Counted from the first letter of the stretch, positions 49,006 to 59,328 are shown. The stretch is DNA of 64,000 bases from an uncultured delta proteobacterium (GCA_963816145.1 CAWFJP010000002.1:192001-256000); one strand, 5' to 3'. Notes: generated by a model from the sequence alone, not told the origin. Numbers and translations are program-made.

Positions 49006-50091
49006 ATGATTAGCATCCGGGCTTTGCAAAAATCTTTTCGTGCGCAACAGGGTCGCGTCGACGCGCTCCGGTCGATCGATTTGGAAGTGGCCGAGGGCGA
49101 GTTCTGCGTTTTGCTCGGACCGAGCGGTTGCGGCAAGACGACGACCTTGCGCTGCGTCGCAGGCTTGGAGCGGCCCGATGGCGGCGAGATCGAGATCGCG
49201 GGCAAGCTGGTCAATTCTCCGGCGCGGCGTGTCTATGTGCCGACAGAACGGCGCGAGCTGGGAATGGTGTTTCAATCCTACGCCATCTGGCCGCACATGA
49301 GCGTGTTCCAAAACGTCGCTTTTCCTTTGACCCAAGGGCGCACCCGTTATTCCAAGAGCGACGTTGCCGATCGAGTCGACAAAGCGCTCAAGCGCGTTCA
49401 GCTCGACGGCCTTGGCGAGCGGCCGGCGACGGACTTGAGCGGCGGCCAGCAGCAGCGCGTGGCGATGGCCCGGGCAATGGTGACCGAGCCGAAGATACTC
49501 CTGATGGATGAGCCGCTGAGCAATCTCGACGCGCGCTTGCGCGAACAGATGCGCGTGGAATTACGAAAAATCACCAAGTCGATCGGCGTGACGGCGCTCT
49601 ATGTTACTCACGATCAGGCCGAGGCTTTGAGTCTCGGCGACCGCGTCTGTGTGATGAACGCCGGCGAGATTCTTCAAATCGCGCCGCCGCACGATGTTTA
49701 CGAAAAGCCGGCGAGTCTGTTTGTCGCGCAGTTCGTCGGCGAGATGAATTTTGTCAATGGCACGGCGGCGGCTAAGGATCGAGTGGATTCGCCGATGGGC
49801 GCGATTGCCGCGGCGGTGCCGAAGGGGATCAGCCCCGGCGCGGCCGTGACCTTGGCGATCCGACCCGAGCATGTACAAGTATACGCGGCGCCTAGTGATG
49901 GTGCTGCCAGCACCGTCGGCAAAGTGACAAGCAAAAATTATCTCGGCGACGCCGCGCTTCTGGAAGTCGAAGTGAACGGCGTGACTCTGCTCGCCAAGCT
50001 CGCCGGCGACACGGAGGTAAGCGTCGGACAGCAGGTGGCCGTGGAGTGTCCGGCGCAACGCTGGCAGGTGTTTTCGGAAAAAGAGGTTTAA
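49006..50091 (+). CDS. ABC transporter ATP-binding protein (FbpC/PotA-like)
   Basis: [24 protein letters not shown] and a TOBE-like tail. Confidence 0.93.
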   Translation: MISIRALQKSFRAQQGRVDALRSIDLEVAEGEFCVLLGPSGCGKTTTLRCVAGLERPDGGEIEIAGKLVNSPARRVYVPTERRELGMVFQSYAIWPHMSVFQNVAFPLTQGRTRYSKSDVADRVDKALKRVQLDGLGERPATDLSGGQQQRVAMARAMVTEPKILLMDEPLSNLDARLREQMRVELRKITKSIGVTALYVTHDQAEALSLGDRVCVMNAGEILQIAPPHDVYEKPASLFVAQFVGEMNFVNGTAAAKDRVDSPMGAIAAAVPKGISPGAAVTLAIRPEHVQVYAAPSDGAASTVGKVTSKNYLGDAALLEVEVNGVTLLAKLAGDTEVSVGQQVAVECPAQRWQVFSEKEV

Positions 50092-50315
50092 CCGCAAAAA
50101 ACGCAAATCAAAACTCTTCGTAACTCACCCGGCAAAGACACAAAGTAAGGGAAGCAAAATTTTCGAATTTAGCGTCTCTGCTTCCTGGTAGTATTAATCC
50201 GATTCAAGTTTCTATTCATCCGACACCGCACGACTCTACATACCTGCTTGCTGATTCTTGCAGTCACCTGGTGTCTATGACATAGCATTCAAATCTCGAA
50301 GCAGAAGGAAATCAC

Positions 50316-52373
50316 ATGGCTACATTTTCGGCGAAACCGGTTAGCAACTTACTGCGGGCGAAGTCGGTGGCGATCATTGGTGCGTCACAAAAAGGCGCTT
50401 GGCCCCAGGGGATCTATCGTAATCTGAAAGGCGCTAAATTCCCTGGCGGTGTATATCTGATCAATCCCAATTACCAAGAGCTTTACGGTGACAAGTGCTA
50501 TCCCAACCTCGCTGCGTGTCCGGAAGTTCCGGATGAATTGCTGATCCTGATTCCTACCCGGGCTGTGCTTGGCGTTTTGGAAGAAGCGGCCAAGCTCGGC
50601 ACTCGCTCCGCGACGATCTACACTGCGGGATTCGGTGAAGGCGATGATGCCAAGGGCAAAGAGCGGGCGCAGCAGATGCGCGATTTGTGCGACAAGACCG
50701 GTATGGTGATCTGCGGTCCCAATTGCATGGGATCGTACTCCGTCGGCGAAGGCTTGTGGACGTTCCCAACCGCGACGCCGCTGCTCAAGAAAGGTCCGGT
50801 GGGTTTGATTTTTCAGAGCGGCGGTTCGCTCGGTAACTGGATCAAAGGCGCGACGGAGCGCGGCATCGGCTTCAGCTATGCGATCTCCAGCGGCAATGAA
50901 GTGAGTTTGGATTTGGTCGATTACCTTTCCTTCTTAATCGATGATCCGGACACCAAAGTGATCACACTGATGGTCGAGGGCATTCGCCGGCCCGGCGAAT
51001 TCATGTCGGAGGCAGAGAGAGCATTACAAAAAGGCAAGCCGATACTCGCCGTCAAGCTCGGCCGCTCGGAGATGGGCAAGCGCCAGGCGATCTCGCACAC
51101 GGGTTCTCTCGCCGGCGCCGACGAAGTGTTCGACGCCATGTGCAAACGCTTGGGCATCATTCGCTGCCCGACCTTGGAAGACATGACCGAGATTACGCTG
51201 GCGTTCATGTTGGGAAGATTCCCCAAAGGCAGCCGCGCGGCGATCGTCGTCAACTCCGGCGGCATGAAGGGTTTGATCTGCGATCACTGCGATGAGCTGA
51301 ATACCAACCTGGCGCAGCTAAGCGACAAGACCAAAGAAGCGGTGCGGCCGTTGATTCCGCCGGAATTGGCGGTCGAGAATCCGCTCGAATGTGGCGTTGC
51401 CGGCTTCGGCGACGAGGCGGGGTTCATCAACATCGTCAAACTGCACGCCGAAGATCCCGGTGTCGATCTCATGGCGATCCACGGCGAGCTGCCGCGCGGC
51501 CAGACCAGAAACGCCGGCCTCTTCAAGAGTGTTCTCGAAGCGACCGACAAGCCGGTGCTGGCGTTCGGCCGTTCCACCTACAGCTGCACGGACGAGAGCC
51601 GCGCGTTTCAGGAAGAAGCGGGCATGCCGTTCTTGCAGGCGATCAAGCCGACCCTACGGGCGCTGGCGGGCTTGGGGTTGTACGGCGAGCGCAGAATCGC
51701 CGGCGTTCCGGCATTGCCGGTGGCGAATGGCAATCCGGCTGTTCTCGACGGCGACATGTTGGATAAACTGTTGCAGAGCAAAGGCATCGGCCTGCCGAAG
51801 CAAACGCTGGCGGATTCAGCGGCTGATGCGGCGGCGCGGGCGAAGGAGATCGGCTTTCCGGTGGCGCTTAAGTTGATCGCCGCCGATGTCGTTCACAAAA
51901 CCGAATCCGGCGCGGTGGTGCTCGGTTTGAAGAACGCCGATGATGTGCAAGCCGAAGGGCAAAAGCTGTTATCCAAGACTTCCGGCAAAGCGCAGTTGCT
52001 GGTCCAGGAAATGGTCCAAGGCACTGAAGTGCTCATCGGCGCGCGCACCGATCCGCAGTACGGGCCGTTTTTGATGGTCGGTCTCGGCGGCATCTTCGTC
52101 GAAGTCTTGAAGGACGTTTCGATCCGCTTGCTGCCGGTGGACGAAAACGAAGCGCGGGTGATGTTGAAAGAGCTGCGGGGCTATAAGGTTTTGGAAGGCG
52201 TGCGCGGCCAGGGGCCGCGCGATGTCGATGCGCTGGTGAAAGCGATGGTCGGATTGTCGGAAGTTTTCGCGGCGCACAGAAATTCACTGTCGGACATGGA
52301 GATCAATCCGATCATGGTGCGCGCCCAGGGCGGCGGCGCGGCCGCGGTGGATGTGCGGTTGGTTCGGAAATAG
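50316..52373 (+). CDS. Acetate-CoA ligase family (ADP-forming acyl-CoA synthetase, fused)
   Basis: GPNCMG, QSGG, SHTGSLAG (phospho-His), HKTESG and EINP motifs. Confidence 0.9.
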   Translation: MATFSAKPVSNLLRAKSVAIIGASQKGAWPQGIYRNLKGAKFPGGVYLINPNYQELYGDKCYPNLAACPEVPDELLILIPTRAVLGVLEEAAKLGTRSATIYTAGFGEGDDAKGKERAQQMRDLCDKTGMVICGPNCMGSYSVGEGLWTFPTATPLLKKGPVGLIFQSGGSLGNWIKGATERGIGFSYAISSGNEVSLDLVDYLSFLIDDPDTKVITLMVEGIRRPGEFMSEAERALQKGKPILAVKLGRSEMGKRQAISHTGSLAGADEVFDAMCKRLGIIRCPTLEDMTEITLAFMLGRFPKGSRAAIVVNSGGMKGLICDHCDELNTNLAQLSDKTKEAVRPLIPPELAVENPLECGVAGFGDEAGFINIVKLHAEDPGVDLMAIHGELPRGQTRNAGLFKSVLEATDKPVLAFGRSTYSCTDESRAFQEEAGMPFLQAIKPTLRALAGLGLYGERRIAGVPALPVANGNPAVLDGDMLDKLLQSKGIGLPKQTLADSAADAAARAKEIGFPVALKLIAADVVHKTESGAVVLGLKNADDVQAEGQKLLSKTSGKAQLLVQEMVQGTEVLIGARTDPQYGPFLMVGLGGIFVEVLKDVSIRLLPVDENEARVMLKELRGYKVLEGVRGQGPRDVDALVKAMVGLSEVFAAHRNSLSDMEINPIMVRAQGGGAAAVDVRLVRK

Positions 52374-52389
52374 GAGCAGAGAAAGATTT

Positions 52390-52451
52390 AACCAAGAAAA
52401 CACGAAAGTTTGGAAATCCTTTAGACCCTCTTTTCGTGCTTTTCGTGGGTG
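52390..52451. repeat. CACGAAA-type palindrome between convergent genes
   Basis: AAAACACGAAAG ... TTTTCGTGCTTTTCGTGG. Confidence 0.55.
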
Positions 52452-52459
52452 AGCTTCTT

Positions 52460-53440
52460 CTATTTTAGTTTTTTCAAAAACCCTTCGTCGTCGATGGCTT
52501 TGATTAGGCTCGGATCGACCATCGTCGCGGCGTCGTATTTCAACACCTCGGGGCGGGTGCGGCCCATTTCATTCAATATCGTCTTCATGCCTTCGAGCGT
52601 CGGATAGGGCAGGTCGGGAACGGCGCCTTTGACATACGTATAAGCGCTGTCAAGGGTGGTTAGGTCGGTCTTGGCGTATTTTTTCAAGATCGCTAAGGTC
52701 TGCGCTTTGTTGTTCTTGAAAAAATGAATCGACTCGACAGCGGCGCGGCCGAAGCGCAGCATGACATCGCGTCGTTCTTTGAGCAGCTTCTGGCTGCTGA
52801 TCAAGCCGCTGTGCGGGTAGGGTATTTTCTTGCTGGCGAGATCGGCGACGACTTTGAGTCCCATCTTCTCCGCTTCTTCGCGCTCCGTCGAGCCAATAAT
52901 CGTAAAGTCGGCTTGTTTTTGCTGCATCATAATCAGCCGCAGATTGGTCGCGCCGACGACGCGCAGGTTGACGTCCTTGTCCGGGTCGAGACCGATGCTT
53001 TTGAGGCCGAGACGAATCGCGAAATCCGCCGAGGTCGCGGCGGTGTGGTTGGCGCCGATTTTTCCTTTTAACTCTTCGGCCGATTTGATGTTCGGTTGCG
53101 CCACCAAGTAATAGGGCAGGAACACTTCAAAGCCCATGATCATACTGGCATCGGCACCGCGCACTTTGGCGCTGGCCACCGCCGGGCCTGTGCCGGCAAC
53201 GACATGGAGTTCGCCGGCGAACAGCGACATAAGCGCTTTCGGCGTGCCTTCGATGTAAATGACATTGACATCGAGGCCGTGCTTTTTGAAAATGCCGGCG
53301 TCCTTCGCGATCCAAAGAACGGATGATGATCCGGCATTGGGTGATATGTAAGCGAAGTTGAGTTTGTCTTGAGCCAAGGCTGGCCGGGACACGCTGAGCA
53401 CTAATATAGCAACGAGCACGATTTTTATTGTTATTCGCAT
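52460..53440 (-). CDS. NMT1/SsuA-like ABC substrate-binding protein
   Basis: Paralog of the 20971-21967 protein; GIFKKHGLDV and ELKGK motifs. Confidence 0.88.
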   Translation of the reverse strand: MRITIKIVLVAILVLSVSRPALAQDKLNFAYISPNAGSSSVLWIAKDAGIFKKHGLDVNVIYIEGTPKALMSLFAGELHVVAGTGPAVASAKVRGADASMIMGFEVFLPYYLVAQPNIKSAEELKGKIGANHTAATSADFAIRLGLKSIGLDPDKDVNLRVVGATNLRLIMMQQKQADFTIIGSTEREEAEKMGLKVVADLASKKIPYPHSGLISSQKLLKERRDVMLRFGRAAVESIHFFKNNKAQTLAILKKYAKTDLTTLDSAYTYVKGAVPDLPYPTLEGMKTILNEMGRTRPEVLKYDAATMVDPSLIKAIDDEGFLKKLK

Positions 53441-53500
53441 GGGCGGTTACGTCCTTTCGCGATTGAGTGACGGCACAATAGCGGAAAGCTACGAGCCGCG

Positions 53501-54136
53501 CTACTTGGTGACGAGCCGGTTGGGCAATTCGTCCTTGTCGTCGGCTTGGCGCGGAAAATGAGTCGCCAGGATGTCGCCGCAGCGCCCGATGGCGTTACAG
53601 AAGGCGTCGCAGGCTTGGCCGGATTTGATGCCGGCTGTAATGATGTGCACGACTTCGTCCCAGGTGCCCTGGGCGACTTTCAGATTGATGCCGCGATCGG
53701 CGAGCACTTCGACTCGATGTTCGAGCAGTGAGACCAGGATCAAGATGCCAGTGTGGTCTTTGGTATAGTGCAGCCCTTGCTCGGTGAACGAAGCGAGGCC
53801 AAGGGTGTGGACTGCTTCGGTGATGCGCCGACTCGGCGCCAGCAGTCGCTTCAGATCGGGAATTCTTCCGAGTAAGAAACCTATCAGCGCACCGAATACC
53901 GGCCAAAGTTGGAAGTAGGGCGAGCCCCACGGATCGCTCCAGAACCATTCGATGACCATGCCGGCGAAGAGCCCGGCGATTAGGCCAAGCAGTTCGATTT
54001 CAGTGTAGCGCGCTGCCGACGTAACGATCATCGGCACGATTTCACCGGCGCTTTTGGACTCGGCGTCGACCACCGCCTGACGGATGCGTTCCTTTTCTTG
54101 TTCGGTGAAGAAGGTTTCAGCTTTCATGGCTACCAA
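53501..54136 (-). CDS. TPM-domain membrane protein
   Basis: AESKSAGEIV, TGILI.VS..EH.VEVLADRGI and DELPN motifs. Confidence 0.82.
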   Translation of the reverse strand: MVAMKAETFFTEQEKERIRQAVVDAESKSAGEIVPMIVTSAARYTEIELLGLIAGLFAGMVIEWFWSDPWGSPYFQLWPVFGALIGFLLGRIPDLKRLLAPSRRITEAVHTLGLASFTEQGLHYTKDHTGILILVSLLEHRVEVLADRGINLKVAQGTWDEVVHIITAGIKSGQACDAFCNAIGRCGDILATHFPRQADDKDELPNRLVTK

Positions 54137-54910
54137 CTATCGGATGAGCCGCCGCCGCCAAATCCGCCGCCACCGCCGCTGAAGGTGTCCGATCCACCAC
54201 CGCCAAATCCGCCGCCTCCCGAAAAGCCACCGCCGCCCCAACCGCCGGGCCCACCGAAAATAGTCGGCCCACGGTGCCGGCCACGCGTGGCCCACATGCC
54301 GCTGCGTTGGCGGTTTGCGTTGGCGGCAAACGCCATTAATCCGAAGACCGCCAGTGTGATGGCGATCATGAGGGGGAAGCTTATGTTGTCGCCGCGGCTT
54401 TGAACTTTTTTGCGCGCCGATTCCGGCAAAGGTTCTTTGCGCAGAATTTTGTCGACGGCAGCGATCCCGGCAACAATGCCGCCGCCGTAATCTTGCTGGC
54501 GGAAGTATGGCACGATGTAGTCGGCGGTGACGCGTTTGGCGATCGCATCAGGCATGACGCCTTCTAATCCGTAGCCCACTTCGAGGCGCAGACGGCGATC
54601 TTTGACGGCGACTAAGAGAATCGCGCCGTTGTCGAAGCCCTTTTTACCGATTTTCCACGACTCGGCGACACGGATACTAAAACCCTTCGAGGTCTTCGCC
54701 GTCCAATGTCGGTATCGTTAGTACGGCAACTTGATGGCCGGTGTCGCGCTCGAGCTGAGCAAGCTGCGCTTCCAAAGCTTGAACTTGATTCGACTGCAGC
54801 ACGTTGGCGTAGTCGTTGACGCGGCCGCGGAGCGGCGGCACATCGAGGGCGACGGCAATCGATGTGTTGGTCAGAAAACAAAACGAAAGCAGAATACAGC
54901 GACACAGCAT
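54130..54910 (-). CDS. TPM-domain (YgcG-like) protein with Gly-rich tail; 1-nt frameshift near 54683
   Basis: RVNDYAN..QVAVLTIPTL then, in a shifted frame, WKIGKKGFDNG..RLEVGYGLEG...GGGGFGGGGSSDSW. Confidence 0.82.
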
Positions 54911-54996
54911 TACCGCATGGCCGTGTCGCGAATCATGAAGTGAACTCAGAATTGTGTTCAGGCGAGGAACCTGTGATCGGCTCGATGCCACGTCAA

Positions 54997-55596
54997 TTAG
55001 AACTTCACCTGTGGTGGCTTCTGCGCAGCTTCGTCGGCGCTAAAGCTCTCGCGCACTTTCAGGCCAAGTAAATATTGGGCGGTCAGGTTATTCGGAAACG
55101 AACGCACAGCGGAATTATAAGTGGTGACGCTCTCGACATAGCGCTTTCGCGCGACCGCGATGCGGTTTTCCGTGCCTTCGAGCTGAGCCTGCAGGTCGCG
55201 GTAGTTTTGGTTCGCCTTTAGATCGGGGTACTGTTCGGCAACCACCAGCAGTCGCGACAAGGCGCCAGAGAGGTTGCGCTGGGCGTCTTCGAACTTCTTA
55301 AATGTGGCCGGATCGTTGAGCGCTTGGGCGTCGAGTTTGATCGAGGTCGCGGCGCTGCGCGCCTCGATTACTTTCTGTAGAGTCTCTTGCTCGAATTGCG
55401 ACGCGCCCTTGACCGTCGCGACCAGGTTGGGAACGAGGTCGGCGCGCCGCTGGTACTGGTTCTGAACTTCGCCCCAAGCTCCTTTGACTTGCTCGTCTAA
55501 CCCTTGCAGTTCGTTGTAGCCGCAGCCGGAAACAACAAACAGCAACGCCAAGGCGGTGGAAAATGCAGTGATTATCCTGGTGACATGTTTGGTCAT
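54997..55596 (-). CDS. lemA: LemA family lipoprotein
   Basis: SGCGYN, YQRRADLVPNLV, YPDLKANQ and LEGTENRI motifs. Confidence 0.92.
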   Translation of the reverse strand: MTKHVTRIITAFSTALALLFVVSGCGYNELQGLDEQVKGAWGEVQNQYQRRADLVPNLVATVKGASQFEQETLQKVIEARSAATSIKLDAQALNDPATFKKFEDAQRNLSGALSRLLVVAEQYPDLKANQNYRDLQAQLEGTENRIAVARKRYVESVTTYNSAVRSFPNNLTAQYLLGLKVRESFSADEAAQKPPQVKF

Positions 55597-55723
55597 CGAT
55601 CGTCTCCTGAGCGGTTTCGATCAAATGTAAGTCGATCGATGCTAAAGGGCAAGGGGAAATTGATACGGGTATGAGATTTCGCCGGCGTTGCGAAGTAGCG
55701 TGAGAACAGCAACTCTAGAAATA

Positions 55724-55753
55724 CAAAGGGCCCGAATTTGATCGGGCCCTTTG
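55724..55753 (-). terminator. Hairpin terminator downstream of the ABC permease
   Basis: CAAAGGGCCCGA-ATTTGA-TCGGGCCCTTTG perfect stem. Confidence 0.6.
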
Positions 55754-55788
55754 CGGTTTCATATACGGGGATGAAAATTTCTCAGCGC

Positions 55789-56646
55789 TCAATCCATGGC
55801 GCCGACTTTTGGCCGCCACTTATCAAACCGCCTTTCCACCCTACTCAGTACTTCGGTACCCAACATGCCGGTAAGGGCGAAAATCAGGACGCCGACAAAG
55901 ACCTTATCGGTTTGAAAGGTCGCGCCGGCGACGGTGATCATAAAACCAATTCCCGCGGTGGCGGCATAAAGTTCTCCCACCATAACGCCGACAATAGCCC
56001 GCCCGAGCCCTTGCCTCAGGCCACTGAGGATGAACGGGACGGTTGAAGGGAGGACGACAGCCTTGAAGAGCATCCATTCCGACGCATCAAAACTTCTTGC
56101 GGCGTTGAGGAGATTCAGAGGCGTGGTTTTTACGCCGTCGCGCGTGTTGATCATGATCGGGAAGACTGCGCCGAGAAATATAATTCCGACTTTGGAAAGT
56201 ATACCGATGCCCAACCAAATGATGACCAGTGGTAAAAGCGCCACACGCGGGGTCGCGTTCATCGCATTGATGAAGGGGTCAAAAACATAGCTCATTTTTT
56301 TGTACCAGCCGACCATGATGCCGAAGGGAATGGCGAAAGCAGCTGAAAGGAGATAACCGCCGAAAAGCTCGGTGCCGCTGATATACAGGTCGTTGTAGAT
56401 CTCCCCCGTAGAAAATAGCTGCACCCCGGCTTTGAATATGAGCGAAGGCGCGCTCATAAACATGGGATTGATGAGTTGGAAAACGTTGCCGACAAGCTCC
56501 CAGATCGTTAGAAAAATAATCACGGCGCTGCCGCCGAGTATCGCCTTCTCGCGACGCAGATAGAATTTGAAGAGGCGCGAGGCTTCGGCAATCTTTACGT
56601 CGAGCAAAATGTCCTGGGTGGTTTCGTTTTGGTTATCCATGGTCAC
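55789..56646 (-). CDS. ABC permease, SsuC/TauC family
   Basis: PRVALLPL..WLGIG and LPSTVPFILSGLR motifs. Confidence 0.88.
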   Translation of the reverse strand: MTMDNQNETTQDILLDVKIAEASRLFKFYLRREKAILGGSAVIIFLTIWELVGNVFQLINPMFMSAPSLIFKAGVQLFSTGEIYNDLYISGTELFGGYLLSAAFAIPFGIMVGWYKKMSYVFDPFINAMNATPRVALLPLVIIWLGIGILSKVGIIFLGAVFPIMINTRDGVKTTPLNLLNAARSFDASEWMLFKAVVLPSTVPFILSGLRQGLGRAIVGVMVGELYAATAGIGFMITVAGATFQTDKVFVGVLIFALTGMLGTEVLSRVERRFDKWRPKVGAMD

Positions 56647-57134
56647 GATCCTTTCTTGGTTGGCGCGATACTTTTTGCCCGTTGAGCTCTTTGGTTCTCC
56701 GTCGGAAGGCTGGGACTCTGAATGTCGTCGATCAGAGTTTGCAAAATCTTGACAAACTTGGGTCCGGTGGATTGCAGTTCTTGCAGGTGGTGCAGCGAAA
56801 GTTTGTCGAGAAACTCTTCGCCGTCATGGGTTAATTTAACCAAAACTTTTCGCCGGTCGTCGGTTGCTCGCAGGCGGCACAGAAAGCCTCGGTCAGCCAG
56901 CCGATCGATGAGCTCGACCGTGCTGTGATGTTGCAATTGCATGCGTTCCGCCAACACGCCGACCGTTGGTTTCAGGTTGTCGGGCAGGCCTCGCACGGAC
57001 AACAGCAACTGGTGTTGTTGGGGCTCGATGCCGGCTTCGCGGGCGGTGTTCTCGCTGAAACGCAAAAATCGGCGGATCTGATAGCGCAGTTCCGCCATCG
57101 CTTTGAAGTCCGGGGTGTGTTGGATTTCTTTCAT
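56643..57134 (-). CDS. MarR-family transcriptional regulator
   Basis: LAERMQLQHHSTVELIDRL..G...DRR..LT winged HTH. Confidence 0.88.
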   Translation of the reverse strand: MKEIQHTPDFKAMAELRYQIRRFLRFSENTAREAGIEPQQHQLLLSVRGLPDNLKPTVGVLAERMQLQHHSTVELIDRLADRGFLCRLRATDDRRKVLVKLTHDGEEFLDKLSLHHLQELQSTGPKFVKILQTLIDDIQSPSLPTENQRAQRAKSIAPTKKGS

Positions 57135-57139
57135 AAATA

Positions 57140-57195
57140 TATCGTTAGACGATAGTATCGTTTAGCGATATAATATGCCCGCCTTCGCATGTCAA
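57140..57195 (-). promoter_or_regulatory. sigma70 promoter with two tandem palindromic operator boxes
   Basis: TTGACA at 57195-57190; boxes TATCGT-N3-ACGATA (57140-57154) and TATCGT-N3-GCGATA (57156-57170). Confidence 0.65.
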
Positions 57196-57521
57196 GGCTA
57201 TTGTTGGCCGCAGTTCAATGCCGCGGGGCCGGTCTAGCGTCACAGCGAGTGGATCGCTTCATGCTGATGGTCAAATACCCTCGCTCGGCGGGATCTAACT
57301 TCACTGCCGATTGCCCTGGCCATCGGTCGCGGTTTGGCTGGAATCCTGAAAAAGTGGGGAACCGGGGATAGGTTCCTTGCCCTGTTGCGGATGACGATGA
57401 GCCGTCAACTGTTCGATCGATTGAATACGCGGTTGTTGCTTGAATTGAACAAGCGGCTTTTTGGCCGATTTGTTGACTTTGGTGAGATTTTCCCTTAAAA
57501 CTTACGCTTCGGTAAAAGCCT

Positions 57522-57836
57522 ATGAAATATGCAGTAATTCGAACTGGCGGTAAGCAATACCGCGTCTCTGAAGGCGACGTCGTCAAGATTGAAAAGCTCG
57601 ACGCTGAAGTGGGCGAGAAGATTACCCTGGAAGACGTTCTGTTTGTCGGCAACGACGGCGACGTCAAGATCGGCACTCCGTTGGTGGCCAACGCCAAAGT
57701 CACCGGTGAAATCGTCGATCAAAGCCGCGCCAAGAAGATCATCGTTTTCAAGAAGAAACGGCGCAAAAGCTACAGCCGGCAGCAGGGTCACCGGCAGTAT
57801 CAAACGGCTTTAAAGATCACTTCCATCGAAGCGTAA
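57522..57836 (+). CDS. rplU: 50S ribosomal protein L21
   Basis: [13 protein letters not shown] and GHRQ motifs. Confidence 0.98.
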   Translation: MKYAVIRTGGKQYRVSEGDVVKIEKLDAEVGEKITLEDVLFVGNDGDVKIGTPLVANAKVTGEIVDQSRAKKIIVFKKKRRKSYSRQQGHRQYQTALKITSIEA

Positions 57837-57849
57837 CTCGGGGGCGGAA

Positions 57850-58107
57850 ATGGCACATAAAAAAGCAGGCGGCAGCTCGCGTAATGGGCGCGATAGCAAT
57901 GGGCAGCGGCGGGGCGTCAAGGTGTACGGTGGCGAAACCGTGCGCGCCGGCAATATTCTAGTGCGCCAGTTGGGCACCAAGATTCACCCCGGGACCAATG
58001 TCGGCATGGGGCGCGACTACACGCTGTTCTCGCTCATCGACGGCGTCGTTAAATATGGCCGCTACGACAAAACTCGTAAAAAAGTCGAAGTTGTCCCGGC
58101 GCAGTAA
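57850..58107 (+). CDS. rpmA: 50S ribosomal protein L27
   Basis: [16 protein letters not shown]. Confidence 0.98.
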   Translation: MAHKKAGGSSRNGRDSNGQRRGVKVYGGETVRAGNILVRQLGTKIHPGTNVGMGRDYTLFSLIDGVVKYGRYDKTRKKVEVVPAQ

Positions 58108-58127
58108 TTTTCTCATTGGACTCCGAT

Positions 58128-58157
58128 GAAAGAAGCCCCTTTCGGGGCTTTTTTTTT
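58128..58157 (+). terminator. Rho-independent terminator
   Basis: AAGCCCC-TTTC-GGGGCTT followed by a poly-T tract. Confidence 0.85.
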
Positions 58158-58171
58158 GTCCGGATGATGCG

Positions 58172-58282
58172 AGTAGTTGCCAGTCCTCAGTTGCCAGTTT
58201 TCAGCGGATGCTGGCGGTTCGAGGTTATTTCGGTCATGCTGAATTCATTCTGATTACTGATAACTGGCTGCCGAGAACTGCT
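58172..58282. repeat. Heptamer (CAGTTGC/CAGT) palindrome
   Basis: GTAGTTGCCAGTCCTCAGTTGCCAGTTTTCAG ... CTGATTACTGATAACTGGCTGCCGAGAACTGC. Confidence 0.7.
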
Positions 58283-58287
58283 TATCA

Positions 58288-59328
58288 ATGAAATTCATCG
58301 ATGAAACCAAGATCCGGGCCAGCGCCGGTGACGGCGGGCCGGGAAGCGTGAGTTTCCACCGTGCGAAATTCGTCCGCCGCGGGCCGGCGGATGGCGGCAA
58401 CGGCGGCCATGGCGGCGATGTGGTTGCGGTGGCGGACCCGCAGCTATCGACCTTGCTCGACCTGCGTTATCGCAAAGAATGGAAAGCGAGCCCGGGCCAG
58501 CGGGGCGGCGACGCCGACTGCGACGGCCGGCGCGGCGAAGATTGCATCATCAAAGTCCCGGTGGGGACCTTGATCCGCGATTCTGTCAGCGGCGAGCTAC
58601 TGGCGGACTTAAAAATTCCTGGCGAGCGGGTGGTGGTCGCTGCCGGCGGGCGTGGCGGCAAGGGTAACGCCCACTTCGCATCTTCGACCAATCGCAGCCC
58701 GCGCTTCTGTCAACCGGGCGAGCCGGGCGTCGAGCGCGAGTTAGAGATCGAGCTGCGGCTGCTCGCGGACGTAGGTATCATCGGCTTGCCCAATGCCGGC
58801 AAGTCGACGCTGATCTCAGTGATCTCGTCGGTGCGGCCGAAAATTGCCGATTATCCGTTTACCACACTGGTGCCGAACTTGGGTGTGGTCAGTTATGGTG
58901 AAGGCAAGAGTTTTGTCGCGGCGGATATTCCCGGACTCATCGAAGGGGCGCATCAAGGCCATGGCTTGGGCGACAAATTTCTCCGCCATATTCTACGCAC
59001 CCGCGTCTTGGTCCATCTACTCGACGCCTCGCAGCTCGATGACAAAGATCCGTTGGCGCAATGGAAGACGATCAACCGCGAGATGGAGCTTTTCGATCCG
59101 GAATTGATCGAAAAACCGCAAATTGTCGTCGCCAACAAAGTCGATTTGCCGGAGGGCCGGGAGTTGGCCAAATTGCTCGGTAAAAAACTACCCAAAGCCT
59201 ATCGTCCCTTGTATGAGATCTCGGCGGCAACCACCGAGGGTGTGCGGCAACTGGTCTATGCGATCGGCCGCAAACTCGACGAAGTGAGGCAACAAAGCGA
59301 GACCGACAGTGACCCAGCTGGAGCATAA
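58288..59328 (+). CDS. obgE: GTPase ObgE
   Basis: Gly-rich Obg domain, GLPNAGKS, DIPG and NKVD motifs. Confidence 0.97.
   Translation: MKFIDETKIRASAGDGGPGSVSFHRAKFVRRGPADGGNGGHGGDVVAVADPQLSTLLDLRYRKEWKASPGQRGGDADCDGRRGEDCIIKVPVGTLIRDSVSGELLADLKIPGERVVVAAGGRGGKGNAHFASSTNRSPRFCQPGEPGVERELEIELRLLADVGIIGLPNAGKSTLISVISSVRPKIADYPFTTLVPNLGVVSYGEGKSFVAADIPGLIEGAHQGHGLGDKFLRHILRTRVLVHLLDASQLDDKDPLAQWKTINREMELFDPELIEKPQIVVANKVDLPEGRELAKLLGKKLPKAYRPLYEISAATTEGVRQLVYAIGRKLDEVRQQSETDSDPAGA

Noticed and set aside
54135-54250. GGC-rich tandem repeats
   Set aside because: Normal Gly-rich tail of YgcG/TPM proteins.
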